From positions 10,918 to 74,917 of the forward strand of contig JBAUZG010000199.1 in NCBI GenBank assembly GCA_049585195.1: a stretch of 64,000 nt of DNA. Direction: 5' to 3'. Made by a program: the position numbers and the translations under genes. Of this stretch, positions 8,386-18,327 are shown piece after piece. This DNA is from Bryobacteraceae bacterium. GTDB lineage: Bacteria; Acidobacteriota; Terriglobia; Bryobacterales; Bryobacteraceae. Each line of letters begins with the position of its first letter. Positions within the stretch are counted from its first letter, which is position 1. The notes beneath the pieces were generated by a model. The model was not told where the DNA came from. It did no database searches and saw only the letters and a list, made by a program, of their open reading frames with translations.

Positions 8386-11019
8386 TTACTCAAGCCGTAA
8401 TGCGATCGCCGGATCAGTTCTCATAGCGCGATGGCCGGGTACAAAACAGGCGAGTGCGGCTGTCGCCAATAACAATGCCGAAACTGCAGCATACGTTAAC
8501 AGGTCGATCGGTTGAACACCAAAAAGAAGCGACTTGAGATAACGCGACAACCAGCAGGCTATGGTGCCCCCAAGCGCAATGCCGAGAAGAACCGGCAGAA
8601 GGCCTTGCGCCACAATTATCTTGAGGATGCCCCATTCACTCGCGCCGAGCGCCATGCGGAGTCCAATCTCTGCAGTGCGGCGGCGGACGAAGTAAGAAAG
8701 AACACCATAGATTCCGAGACTCGCCAGCAGCAGAGCGAATCCGCCGAAGGTTGTTAGCACAATGGAGTTCATCCGCTGCGGCGAGATGGAACGGCTGATT
8801 ACTTGGTCGAAGGAACGTACTTCCCCGATTGGCAAATTGGGATCGATGTGCTTGATAAGGGCACGCAACTCTGGGAATACGCTCTTCGGATCTCCACGGG
8901 TCTCGATAACGAACTCGGACGGTACAGCGATGCGTCCATAGGGAAGATAGACGGTGAGCGCTGGTCCCTGGTCGAGGCCGCGCTCCACCGAATCTCCGAC
9001 AACGCCGACAACTTCGGCGTCGAGGTTAAATAGCCCCTTCCACAGGACCGTGTGTTTGCCGATGGCATCTTCATTCGGGAAGAGCAGCCTGGCAAGGGCA
9101 GAACTGAGCATGACTGTCCGATGCGAGGGCATCGGCGGACCCCCTTCACTCCGGACGGGCTTATCGGTTTGATTGAAGTTTCGGCCGCGCAATAACGGCA
9201 AACCAACGGCGCGTAAGTAACCTGGCGTAATCACGCGCCAATTTGCCCAAGGTGGGGATCCAGAGGCGAGCGAGCGCGCAGCTGCGTCGATATCCATGCC
9301 ATTCACCGGACCTTCAACAGGACGCGAGCTGACAGCGCCGCTGGACACGACGTCAGGGTCAGCCGAGAGTCTTTCGAGAAAAGTGTCAATGAACCGTTTC
9401 CCTCTGCCGTTGTGTACGTAAGTATAGGGATAGCTGACCGAGAACATGAGACGGTGTGTGGTTTGAAAGCCGCCGTGTTCGTTCAAAAGGCGTTGGAAGC
9501 TGCGTAGGACGAGTCCCGTGCTTACCAGCAGAAGGAAAGCGAGGGCGACTTCCGCGGCTACGAGCATCGAACGGACGCGAGCCTGACGGCGGCTTGCACC
9601 CGCTTGGCGATCACCTTCCCGGAGGGCTGTGGCGACTCCCTGAAGCGGCGTTTGGAGCGCCGGCGCAAGACCGCAGAGCAGGCCCGTGAACAGAGTGGCT
9701 CCGAACGTAAAGCAGAGGACCCATGGATTGAGGGTTACTTCATCGAGGCGCGGAATGCCGGGTATTTCCAGCGCGCGAATGCCGTGTACGCAGACAGCCG
9801 CCAACACCAGCCCCAGAACCGCGCCAAATGCGCTAAGCAGGAGAGATTCGAGCATCACGAAACGGACGAGGCGTGCGCGTGCCGCTCCCAGTGCGCTCCG
9901 CACAGCGATTTCGCGCTGGCGCGCCAAGCCGCGCGCCAATAGCAGGTTCGCCACGTTCCCGCATGCGATGAGCACCAGGAGCCCCACCGCCGCGAGTAGA
10001 ATGCGCAGAGCGGTACGTGTTTCTTTCGGGGCGATCCAGCGGCGAGACGGAAAAAGATTGAATCCGAGTCCCTTATCTTCTTTGGGATTGGCTGCCTGCA
10101 TTAAGGCGGCAAGGCGCTGCAGCTCCGTCCTCGCGGCTTCAGTGGTAACGCCTTTCGCGAGACGGCCCACTACTCTGAATGAGTAATCCTGCCGGTCGGC
10201 GTTCGGATGATACGGATACGGCAGGTAGACTTCATCGTCAATCCAGGGTTCACCCCGAGGCAGCACACCCACGACCGTATAGCTGCCGTCAGTCAGGCGG
10301 AGCACTTTGCCGAGAATGTTGGCATCAGCTCCGTAGCGAGCCTTCCAAAGTTTGTTGCCGAGAATTGCGACCCTGTCGTCGCCTTCTTTGGTCGAGAAGT
10401 CTCGACCAAGGATGGGATTGACTCCAAGTGTGCGAAGGAATCCAACCGTTACTTGCGCAACGGAAACTTTTTCAGGTTCGCCGTCGCCTGTGAGGTTAGT
10501 TTCAGAGTGGAGGTATGCGGCAACACTTTCGAACGATTTTGTTCGGTCATGGAGATCCCAGAAATTGGCTTCGGAAAAGTTCATCTCGTCGATGCCGCGA
10601 TCGAGCCGCGTCTCCGCAAGTTCAACGAGGCGGTCAGCGTTCCGGAATGGCAACGGCCGGAGCAGCACCGCTTCAAAAACGCTGAATATCGTGGTGCTGG
10701 CGCCAATGCCGAGGGCGAGCATGACGGTGCACATTGCAGCCATCCCCGGATTGCGGCGCAGTGCACGGATGGACTGGCGGAGTTCGGTCCAGAAGCCTTC
10801 CAGTAAGGCCCCCCGACGGATATCACGTACTTGTTCCTTGATCACTTCGATTGCTCCAAGTTCGATTGCTGCTTCGCGCCATGCGGTTTCCGAATCAGCG
10901 CCAGCGGAGATCTTTTCATCCTCAAGGAGTTGCCGGTAGGAGCGAATCTCCTCGTCGAGAATCTTATCCACCGCATGCTTGTGAAAAAGATTCCGCCAGA
11001 TTGTTCTCAGCCACCGCAT
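8386..11019 (-). CDS. ADOP / MacB-like duplicated ABC permease
   Basis: LALGIGASTTIFS, LIACGNVANLLLAR, REIAVRSALGA, RRTAEIGLRMALGA, DPAIALRLE. Confidence 0.95.
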   Translation of the reverse strand: MRWLRTIWRNLFHKHAVDKILDEEIRSYRQLLEDEKISAGADSETAWREAAIELGAIEVIKEQVRDIRRGALLEGFWTELRQSIRALRRNPGMAAMCTVMLALGIGASTTIFSVFEAVLLRPLPFRNADRLVELAETRLDRGIDEMNFSEANFWDLHDRTKSFESVAAYLHSETNLTGDGEPEKVSVAQVTVGFLRTLGVNPILGRDFSTKEGDDRVAILGNKLWKARYGADANILGKVLRLTDGSYTVVGVLPRGEPWIDDEVYLPYPYHPNADRQDYSFRVVGRLAKGVTTEAARTELQRLAALMQAANPKEDKGLGFNLFPSRRWIAPKETRTALRILLAAVGLLVLIACGNVANLLLARGLARQREIAVRSALGAARARLVRFVMLESLLLSAFGAVLGLVLAAVCVHGIRALEIPGIPRLDEVTLNPWVLCFTFGATLFTGLLCGLAPALQTPLQGVATALREGDRQAGASRRQARVRSMLVAAEVALAFLLLVSTGLVLRSFQRLLNEHGGFQTTHRLMFSVSYPYTYVHNGRGKRFIDTFLERLSADPDVVSSGAVSSRPVEGPVNGMDIDAAARSLASGSPPWANWRVITPGYLRAVGLPLLRGRNFNQTDKPVRSEGGPPMPSHRTVMLSSALARLLFPNEDAIGKHTVLWKGLFNLDAEVVGVVGDSVERGLDQGPALTVYLPYGRIAVPSEFVIETRGDPKSVFPELRALIKHIDPNLPIGEVRSFDQVISRSISPQRMNSIVLTTFGGFALLLASLGIYGVLSYFVRRRTAEIGLRMALGASEWGILKIIVAQGLLPVLLGIALGGTIACWLSRYLKSLLFGVQPIDLLTYAAVSALLLATAALACFVPGHRAMRTDPAIALRLE

Positions 11020-11027
11020 GGAAGTGC

Positions 11028-11366
11028 CTACGAGATTTCCAGAGCGACTGCCATTGCAGCTGAGATGCGGCCCCAGTTCTCGGTCTCTTGCTTCAGTTTT
11101 CGAAGGCCCAGCTTGGTGAGGCGATAAAACTTGGCACGACGGTTATTTTCCGATTCTCCCCACTCCGAGGTGAGCCAGCCGGCTTCTTCCATGCGCTGGA
11201 GAGCAGGAAATAGCGAGCCAGGCTTGACCAGAAATGTGGCGTTCGTCACCTGAGCAATGCGGCGGGAGATACCGAGACCGTGCATCGGTTGAAGGGCGAG
11301 CACCTTAAGAATGAGGACATCGAGTGTGCCCTGCAGTAGGGCGATGTTGGCGGAGGGAGGCATCAC
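11028..11366 (-). CDS. PadR-family transcriptional regulator (acidobacterial type)
   Basis: LLQGTLDVLILK...HGLGI...GSLFPALQRMEEAGWL...SENNRRAKFYRLT. Confidence 0.95.
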   Translation of the reverse strand: MMPPSANIALLQGTLDVLILKVLALQPMHGLGISRRIAQVTNATFLVKPGSLFPALQRMEEAGWLTSEWGESENNRRAKFYRLTKLGLRKLKQETENWGRISAAMAVALEIS

Positions 11367-11367
11367 G

Positions 11368-11382
11368 TATAGATTGTCTATA
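11368..11382. promoter_or_regulatory. Palindromic PadR operator candidate
   Basis: Perfect dyad TATAGA-TTG-TCTATA immediately upstream of the padR start. Confidence 0.6.
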
Positions 11383-11523
11383 GACTTCCTACAGAGATTC
11401 TATACGAACTCAAGTGCGACTGCATTACGAGTGATCGATCCCCACGGTTTGATATGGTCCCATTCGCGTTACCGGACAAGTGACCAACGTACAGCGCTCG
11501 CGCAGATTGTTTCCGATTCAACT

Positions 11524-11641
11524 CCAGAATCGTCGGCCATCCGGACAGAGCTCCTTTTGCGATCGATAACTCCGCTGTAGTCGCGCAGTGTTTACCGATC
11601 TTGCGCATTGTGGCCGAACGACCGGGTTATCTTCTATTGAG
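11524..11641 (+). repeat. Module-boundary element, full-length copy (used as reference)
   Basis: CCAGAATCGTCGGCCATCCGGACA..GATAACTCCGCTGTAGTCGCGCAGTGTTTACCGATC..CCGGGTTATCTTCTATTGAG; core shared with 29629 and 33555. Confidence 0.85.
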
Positions 11642-11741
11642 CGGACCACGGCGACATCGTCACTGCATTTCGGACGCAACTCGTCGCAGCACGTTTTGCA
11701 GATTAGCCTGCGGTGGGACATAATTTCGCTCAGGGGGTGTA

Positions 11742-12824
11742 ATGTCCAGTACAGCTTCGCAACTCAATTTGGACTCGTCCAAGCAGGAGGCATTCATCGG
11801 AAAAGCACTGGGAGATGCCAGTGCTGCGTTAACCTGCATATTGGCAGGTATCGGCGACCGGCTGGGCCTGTTTAAAGATCTGGCGAGCAGCGGGCCGAGC
11901 ACAAGTGCTGAGCTCGCCAGCCGCAAAGGAATCCAGGAGCGCTACGCGCGGGAATGGTTGGGTGGGATGGCGAGCGCAGGGTATCTTGAATACGATCCGG
12001 CAACACGAAAGTTCAGATTGCCACTCGAGCATGTGTCGGCGCTGGCTCAAGAAGACGGGCCGTTTTTCTTTGGTGGCATTTACCAGATGTTCCCTGCGAT
12101 GGTCAGTGTGGTGGATCAGATCACTGATGCGTTCTGCAAGGGCGGTGGAGTGCATCAATCAGCTTATCCGCCAAGCTTCTGGGATGGCCTGGAGCGATTT
12201 AGTGCCGGGTGGTTCGAAAATCTGCTTTTGCAGCAGTGGATTCCGCTCATGCCGGATGTTGAGGCAAAGCTGAAGCAGGGAGTTGATGTCGCAGACGTTG
12301 GCTGCGGCCGGGGCCGTGCGCTGATCAAAATGGCGCAGGCATTCCCGAGATCGCGCTACACCGGTTATGACGCTTTCGGCCCGGCTGTCGATCAGGCTAC
12401 CGAGCGGGCGCGCAAAGCTGGAGTTGCCGATCGTGTGAAATTTGAGCAACTCGACGTAGTGAAGGGGCTGCCGCAGCCGTTCGAAATTATTACAACGTTC
12501 GATGTTGTACACGATGCTGTCGATCCGCTCGGGTTGCTTAAAGCGATACGGCGTGCGCTGAAGCCGAACGGCATTTACGTGTGTCTGGACGTCAACTGCT
12601 CGGACAGACTTGAGGAAAACGCCGGCCCGCTGGGCGCAATGTTCCACGGCGTCAGTGTTTTGTACTGCATGACTACATCGCTCTCAAACGGCGGAGTGGG
12701 ACTGGGGACGCTGGGGTTCCACGAGGCGAAAGTGCACGAGCTTGCTGCCGAGGCGGGATTCAGCTCGGTCAGGAAGCTGCCTCTCGAGAATCCGTTCAAC
12801 AATGTCTACGAGATCAAGCCGTAG
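11742..12824 (+). CDS. SAM-dependent methyltransferase with N-terminal wHTH (Rv2258c-like)
   Basis: IGDRLGLF..ERYAREWL; VADVGCGRG; FDVVHD; LYCMTTSL. Confidence 0.9.
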   Translation: MSSTASQLNLDSSKQEAFIGKALGDASAALTCILAGIGDRLGLFKDLASSGPSTSAELASRKGIQERYAREWLGGMASAGYLEYDPATRKFRLPLEHVSALAQEDGPFFFGGIYQMFPAMVSVVDQITDAFCKGGGVHQSAYPPSFWDGLERFSAGWFENLLLQQWIPLMPDVEAKLKQGVDVADVGCGRGRALIKMAQAFPRSRYTGYDAFGPAVDQATERARKAGVADRVKFEQLDVVKGLPQPFEIITTFDVVHDAVDPLGLLKAIRRALKPNGIYVCLDVNCSDRLEENAGPLGAMFHGVSVLYCMTTSLSNGGVGLGTLGFHEAKVHELAAEAGFSSVRKLPLENPFNNVYEIKP

Positions 12825-13115
12825 CCGAAGTCCGGAAGCCTGAGCGATGCAGTGGCTGCGGCCATCAGCACGTCTCGCATGCTGAATGGCTGAGCGCCTG
12901 GTTTTATCCAGGTTAATGTTGTGTCGGGTCTGCTGCTGGCGAGTGTGACGGTCGGTCACTTCGCGGGCTTCGCAGCTTTCAATGATTCGCGCAAGTAGAA
13001 GAAAAGCATCTGGCGCTCGAGGGGGTTATGAGTACGCGCCGCATAGGTCTCGGGGCACTTTGGCAGAAAACCGAAACGAGAGCGTAGCGCCGCCCCGATC
13101 CAGCACTTTACCGGT

Positions 13116-13207
13116 AACCCTACTTTTTGGCCGGTGAGCCGAACGTCGGTAAACGCCGTTACACGCGAGTAATCCCGAACAGTGCATTGCCGAAGTACGG
13201 TTTGCGC
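13116..13207 (-). repeat. Module-boundary element copy; includes 41 bp identical to 33726-33766
   Basis: AACCCTACTTTTTGGCCGGTGAGCCGAACGTCGGTAAACGC exact at 13116-13156 and 33726-33766; reverse complement continues GATTA-CTCGCG-TGTAACGGCG. Confidence 0.9.
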
Positions 13208-13399
13208 TTTATATGTTAAGTAAAGCCGGGGTATGGCCACGAGAGGATTCACGAGAGGATCGGGCGCCTATCTGAATCAGCCGGTCTCTGACCACTCAAA
13301 TCGTCCGGCGCCTGATTCGGCATTCGTTTTAATCAACATAAACTTGCTGCTGGCAGATCAAACGCAAGTCTCGTTACTATTTTCGCCGTCGAAGGGGCT

Positions 13400-13558
13400 A
13401 CTGCTTGTTCGATGAGATCAGCAAAACGCACACAGCATGACTTTCCTTCACCTCGACCACCTCAGAGCCGCGACGCTTCGCCACAGATCTTTGTGCGCGG
13501 GCGGTATCATTTTGTCTTCCGTTGAAACGAGGTACGAACTGGGCTTGGCCTTCCAAGC
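13400..13558 (-). pseudogene. Alpha/beta hydrolase C-terminal fragment
   Basis: AWKAKPSSYLVSTEDKMIPPA, then a frameshift to QRSVAKRRGSEVVEVKESHAV (catalytic Asp and His regions). Confidence 0.65.
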
Positions 13559-13667
13559 ACGCCAGTTACAGAACCGGACGGGGCTTCCCCGAAAAGGCCA
13601 AATCCGCGTGCTGAGCATAAGAACTGGCATCATGTTTTAATCCAATGACAGGGAGCGCCCATCATCG

Positions 13668-14579
13668 ATGGAATTAAGGCACCTTCGTTACTTCAGTGCC
13701 GTTGTGCAGTGGAAAGGATATCGCGAGGCTTCGCGCCACCTCTATGTAACCCAACCTTCGATCAGCGAGGCCGTATCCGATCTTGAGCGCGAGCTCGGAA
13801 TTAAACTCTTTTCCCGAGAGGGACGCGTGGCTCGGCTTACTCCTGAAGGCCAACTTTTCTATGAGGAAGCAATCAAGACGCTCGCGCAGGCGGAGAGAGC
13901 CGTCGCAACCGCGCAGCGTGCCGCCAAGGGAGAGGTCGGCAGGCTAGGGATCGGCTTCATAGGATTTGCGGCTTATCCGTTCTTGTCCGACCTGCTGCGC
14001 AAATATAAGACTCGCTATCCGGGGGTGGCGCTACGGCTTGAAGAAAATGTGCCGAGCGGACAGGATCGTGCCTTTGACCGGGGAGAAATTGACATCGGAT
14101 TTACGCGTCCGCCTTCCGCCGATCGGAGCTCGTCCTATGAGTCGCGTCTGCTCTTCCGCGAGCCGCTAGTCGTAGCGCTTCCCAAGACTCGTAAGGTCAA
14201 ATCGAAGCGCATTCGAATCGAGGACCTAGCAGGCGAGCGAATCGTCACTTTTCGGCGCGCGAGTTCCCCAGAGGTCTTCGACACGATCATCCGCGTCTGC
14301 AACGACGGCGGCTTTTCACCACGACTGCACAACGAGCTGAACAATATGCATTCGGTACTGTCTACGGTGGAAGCGGAAGAAGGGGTCGCCATTGTCTCTG
14401 CCTCAGCCTGCAATCTGCGGGCGGAGAACGTCGCCTTCTTCCGGCTGCAGCCCGACGACGTTCGCATTGACTTTGTCGCAGTATGGCAGAAGAAGGAACC
14501 TTCAATCGCTCTCAAAGCATTCCTCGAGCTGCTCGACGAAGAATTACCAGCGATTCGAAAGAGGACGCGTTATCCGTGA
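13668..14579 (+). CDS. LysR-family transcriptional regulator
   Basis: MELRHLRYF...ASRHLYVTQPSISEAVSDLERELGIKLF HTH plus substrate-binding domain. Confidence 0.95.
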   Translation: MELRHLRYFSAVVQWKGYREASRHLYVTQPSISEAVSDLERELGIKLFSREGRVARLTPEGQLFYEEAIKTLAQAERAVATAQRAAKGEVGRLGIGFIGFAAYPFLSDLLRKYKTRYPGVALRLEENVPSGQDRAFDRGEIDIGFTRPPSADRSSSYESRLLFREPLVVALPKTRKVKSKRIRIEDLAGERIVTFRRASSPEVFDTIIRVCNDGGFSPRLHNELNNMHSVLSTVEAEEGVAIVSASACNLRAENVAFFRLQPDDVRIDFVAVWQKKEPSIALKAFLELLDEELPAIRKRTRYP

Positions 14580-14588
14580 TCGCACAAC

Positions 14589-14605
14589 GATAGGCAGTTG
14601 CTATC
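14589..14605. promoter_or_regulatory. LysR box upstream of the SDR operon
   Basis: GATAG-N7-CTATC dyad containing T-N11-A, about 95 bp before the SDR start. Confidence 0.65.
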
Positions 14606-14699
14606 ACTTGATTGGAACATACGAAGCATCCCTATCAGGGAGTCGCGAATCTCCTGTGGTGTACGGGGATAAAAGCCGGCACAGCCCAAGGAGGCTGAT

Positions 14700-15428
14700 A
14701 TGAGCACTAAACAGAGAACGGTCATCGTAACGGGCGCATCGCAAGGCATTGGTGCGGGCGCGATGAGGGCGTTCCTCGATCGCGGCTACGACGTGGTAGC
14801 CAACTCACGTAACATCACAAAGTCCGGGGCATTTGCCGAGTCCGGCCAGCTTGCACTGGTGGAAGGCAATATTGGTGAAAGCGCAGTGGCGGCGAATGTC
14901 GAAGAAATTGCGATCAGCAAATTTGGATCGATTGACGCGCTCGTGAACAACGCCGGCATCTTCTTTACTAAGTCATTCACCGACTACACGGCCGAGGACT
15001 TCAAGGCGCTTTCCAACACGAACCTTGAAGGTTTCCTCCACGTGACGCGGAGAGCCGTGAAGCAAATGCTTTCGCAAAAGTCGGGCGGGAGTGTCGTCAG
15101 CATCACCACGTCACTAGTAACAAATCCGATTGCCGGCGTTACTGTTTCCGTGCCCATGATCACCAAGGGCGGTCTTGAAGCCGTGACCCGGAGCCTGGCA
15201 AGCGAGTACGCAAAGGAGCACATCCGCTTCAACGCCGTGGCACCTGGCGTCGTGGATACTCCCCTTCACAAGAACAATCCCAAAGAGCTTTTGAGGTCGC
15301 TCTCACCGATGGGCACCATCTCAGACGTAAGCGATATTGTGGATGCAGTTGTTTATCTCACAGAAGCCCGTCAGGTAACGGGGGACGTGCTGCACGTGGA
15401 CGGTGGTGCGCACTCGAGCAAATGGTGA
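14700..15428 (+). CDS. Short-chain dehydrogenase/reductase
   Basis: TGASQGIG, LVNNAG, NAVAPG, TGDVLHVDGG. Confidence 0.93.
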   Translation: MSTKQRTVIVTGASQGIGAGAMRAFLDRGYDVVANSRNITKSGAFAESGQLALVEGNIGESAVAANVEEIAISKFGSIDALVNNAGIFFTKSFTDYTAEDFKALSNTNLEGFLHVTRRAVKQMLSQKSGGSVVSITTSLVTNPIAGVTVSVPMITKGGLEAVTRSLASEYAKEHIRFNAVAPGVVDTPLHKNNPKELLRSLSPMGTISDVSDIVDAVVYLTEARQVTGDVLHVDGGAHSSKW

Positions 15429-15910
15429 GTTCGAAGGGCCCGCAACCGGCAACCGCGGAGCGCCGGCTTGCGGAGCTCGGCATTGATCTGACGCCCGCGC
15501 CGACTCCCATTGGCGCGTATGTTGAAAGTCTCCAAACGGGCAATATGCTTCATCTCAGTGGCATTCTCCCGGTCATCGGGCATGAACCGAAGTTCGTAGG
15601 GCGGCTGGGCAGACAGTACAACGTCGAACAGGGACGCGAAGCAGCGCGCTTGGCGGCGTTGAACGTACTCTCGGCCGCGAGAAAGCACCTGGGCTCGCTC
15701 GATAAGGTGACCAGAATTGTCAAGCTGACGGCGTATCTGGCAACCGAAGAGGACTTCCTGGCGCTGCCGAAGGTGGCTGACGCTGCCTCGGAGTTGTTGC
15801 GGGATGTCTTTGGAGAAGACAAGCTGCCGGTCCGGATGGTTCTCGGCGTTGCCAACCTTCCACTCGCGGTGCCGGTCGTGCTGGAGGTCCTTTTCGAAAT
15901 TGAAGCTTGA
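15422..15910 (+). CDS. RidA/YjgF-family protein
   Basis: RLAELGIDL..GAYV..LHLSG..VADAASELL..VFG..RMVLGV. Confidence 0.88.
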   Translation: MVSSKGPQPATAERRLAELGIDLTPAPTPIGAYVESLQTGNMLHLSGILPVIGHEPKFVGRLGRQYNVEQGREAARLAALNVLSAARKHLGSLDKVTRIVKLTAYLATEEDFLALPKVADAASELLRDVFGEDKLPVRMVLGVANLPLAVPVVLEVLFEIEA

Positions 15911-15951
15911 GGAGGCGATAGCACTTGCCTCCTTCTTTTTTGCGAGATTGC

Positions 15952-17049
15952 ATGATGGCGAAAGCATGGAATCAAACCCGCGTTTCAGAGATCCTGGGGA
16001 TCGAATACCCGATCATCCAGGGACCGCTCGGCGGTCTGTCATCGCAGAGACTTACCGCCGCTGTATCTAATTTCGGAGGACTCGGATCATTCGGCGCGCA
16101 CGGTCTTGAACCAAACGCGATAGAGGATGCGATCGCCGAGATTCGTTCGCTGACGGCGAAGCCATTTGCGATGAATCTGTGGGTTTCGATGGAAGATGCG
16201 GAAGCACGCAGCTCGGATGCCGGAGCATTCAGCCGCGCTCTCTCGTATCTCGCACCACACATAGAAGCTGTCGGCGGCACAGAACCGCTGTTTACGCCGT
16301 ACAAACCGATCCGGTTTGAGGATCAGGCGCGCGTGCTTCTCGATGCCGGCGTTCCCGCCTTCTCGTTCATCTACGGCATTCCACCGAAAGAGATATTGGA
16401 CGAGGCAAGCAAGAGAGGGATCGTTACGCTCGGAACAGCTACCATGCCAGATGAAGCCGTCGCCCTCGAACAAGTCGGCGTCAATATCGTCGTTGCATCC
16501 GGATTTGAAGCGGGCGGACATCCTGAGTCATTCCTAAGACCGCCGCAAGACTCATCGACAGGAACCTTTTCGCTTGTGCCGCAGACGGCAGATGCGGTAA
16601 AGGTTCCCGTGGTGGCCGCTGGCGGAATCGCGGACGCTCGCGGCATTGCCGCAGCCTTCGCCCTCGGAGCGGAGGGCGTACAGATGGGGACAGTCTTTCT
16701 CGCCTGCGAGGAGTCTGGCGCACACCCGCTGCATCGTGAAGCCATTCTCCGTAGCAGAGCTGGGCGAACGGCGCTGACGCAAGGCTTTACAGGCAGGCTC
16801 GCACGAGGAATAGACAATGAACTACTCCAAATGCTGAATAAGCCCGGCGCCGAGATACTGCCTTATCCATTGCAGAGGGTTCTTATGCGCAGCTTGGCAC
16901 TGCCCGCGCAAAAGGCTGGCAGATCTGACCTGCTCGCGCTCTGGGCCGGGCAGAGTGCCAACTTGACACGTTGCCCGGTAATTGTGGAACTTTTGCGGTC
17001 GCTTGTAGAAGGCGCTGCGGAACGGCTGAATCGCTCCCTTGCGGGCTGA
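15952..17049 (+). CDS. Nitronate monooxygenase / 2-nitropropane dioxygenase family
   Basis: YPIIQGPLGG, GFEAGGH, VVAAGGIADARG, GVQMGT, LWAGQ. Confidence 0.92.
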   Translation: MMAKAWNQTRVSEILGIEYPIIQGPLGGLSSQRLTAAVSNFGGLGSFGAHGLEPNAIEDAIAEIRSLTAKPFAMNLWVSMEDAEARSSDAGAFSRALSYLAPHIEAVGGTEPLFTPYKPIRFEDQARVLLDAGVPAFSFIYGIPPKEILDEASKRGIVTLGTATMPDEAVALEQVGVNIVVASGFEAGGHPESFLRPPQDSSTGTFSLVPQTADAVKVPVVAAGGIADARGIAAAFALGAEGVQMGTVFLACEESGAHPLHREAILRSRAGRTALTQGFTGRLARGIDNELLQMLNKPGAEILPYPLQRVLMRSLALPAQKAGRSDLLALWAGQSANLTRCPVIVELLRSLVEGAAERLNRSLAG

Positions 17050-17088
17050 GATCCGTAGTGAATTCAACCGGATCAATGGAGTAAAAGA

Positions 17089-18012
17089 ATGAAAGTTGAA
17101 CTTTTTCCTCCCGACTCTGAAACAGAGCCGCGTCATTGGGTACGGCATGATCAGGCTTTCGCAATGATGTTGGGGCCCGGCTCAATTGAGTGGGGCTCGA
17201 GACGTTTATCGTTGGAAAAGTTCGACTACGCGGCGTGCGACTTAGCACTATGCCATCGCCACGAGGGCGAGTGGGTCGGACTCATGAACGTGCCACATAT
17301 GCAACTCGGTATTTCCGATTCGGCACTGTTGGCGGCCTCTGACGACCCGAATGGCGAAGTGGAACTGTGCCCTCAGCGCAAGTTTGCAGACTGCCGGATA
17401 GGTGCGCTGGCGGCGGCCATTCATGCCGAGATGGTGGCTGGATATCCGAACGGGCGGCTGTTTCTGGATTCTGTCGAACAGGCGCTGGCCGTGGCCCTGG
17501 TCAGTGGTCATGCAGTCAGGCATCGTCCGGTTCAGATTTGCCGAGGCGGACTAGGCGCAGCGCGCTTGCGAACGACAAGAGAGTTGGTGCATGCGAAGAT
17601 CGACGACGAGTTAAGTCTCGACGAGATGGCGCGGTCGGTGGGATTGAGCACAGCTCATTTCGCACGGATGTTTCGCAAGTCGACCGGCGAAACTCCGCAT
17701 CAATTTGTTCTGCGCCAAAGGCTTGAACGCGCTAAGGCGATGTTGCGTGCTCCCGATGCGCGAGTGTTGGACGTTGCCGTGGCCTGTGGCTTCAAGACCC
17801 AGCAACACTTTGCGCAGGTCTTTCGCGATGTCTGTGGAATTAGTCCGACTGGGTATCGGCAGGACTTTCTAAGTTGCGAAGCGACTCGGGCGCCGGAAAC
17901 CTGTTCCGAAAATACGCTGCGGGCGGTGCCTCGTGGTTCGCAGCCGGAACTTGACTCTCCCGCGTTACCGTTAGCTTCCCTGTTAGCGCCCGACCCTATA
18001 CGGAATTTGTAA
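17089..18012 (+). CDS. AraC-family transcriptional regulator
   Basis: LSLDEMARSVGLSTAHFARMFRKSTG...VAVACGFKTQQHFAQVFR. The last ~45 aa look like read-through into non-coding DNA. Confidence 0.9.
   Translation: MKVELFPPDSETEPRHWVRHDQAFAMMLGPGSIEWGSRRLSLEKFDYAACDLALCHRHEGEWVGLMNVPHMQLGISDSALLAASDDPNGEVELCPQRKFADCRIGALAAAIHAEMVAGYPNGRLFLDSVEQALAVALVSGHAVRHRPVQICRGGLGAARLRTTRELVHAKIDDELSLDEMARSVGLSTAHFARMFRKSTGETPHQFVLRQRLERAKAMLRAPDARVLDVAVACGFKTQQHFAQVFRDVCGISPTGYRQDFLSCEATRAPETCSENTLRAVPRGSQPELDSPALPLASLLAPDPIRNL
17940..17992 (+). repeat. Module-boundary element, diverged copy inside the AraC tail
   Basis: CCGGAACTTGACTCTC..GTTAG-CTTCCC-TGTTAGCGC vs 2.09-kb copy CGGACAACTTGATTCTC..GATAG-ATCCCGC-TGTTAGTCGC. 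Confidence 0.5.
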
Positions 18013-18327
18013 CTCATCGCTCGTGCACTCGCCTTAGCGCCGTGTTTTCCGGACATAACTCAGACTCGGCCACGCAGTAGCTCATTCGAACGATCTTCGC
18101 CATTCCCGCAAGACAAACCGCAGACCCAGGTGTAAGTCGGTGGAATTGTCTCTCAACGAGTAGAAATTTAGCAAGATTCCGACCATCCAGCAGAAATCCG
18201 CACAAGTCCGTTTCCGATGCGCAGTTTAATCAGGTTGTGAGCAAATCACATCGGCAATAAACCGACATCAGGATCAGCTGATTCTTGTTTGCCGGCCGAA
18301 ACTAATTCAAGACGGGAACGATACTCA

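Noticed and set aside
12956..13060. Possible C-terminal gene remnant (..QMLFFYLRESLKAAKPAK*)
   Set aside because: Protein-like but too short to assign.
13194..13221. dif-like 28-mer AGTACGGTTTG-CGCTTT-ATATGTTAAGT
   Set aside because: The XerD-like arm matches E. coli dif at 9/11 but the XerC arm only at 5/11, and it overlaps an element copy; not supportable as dif.
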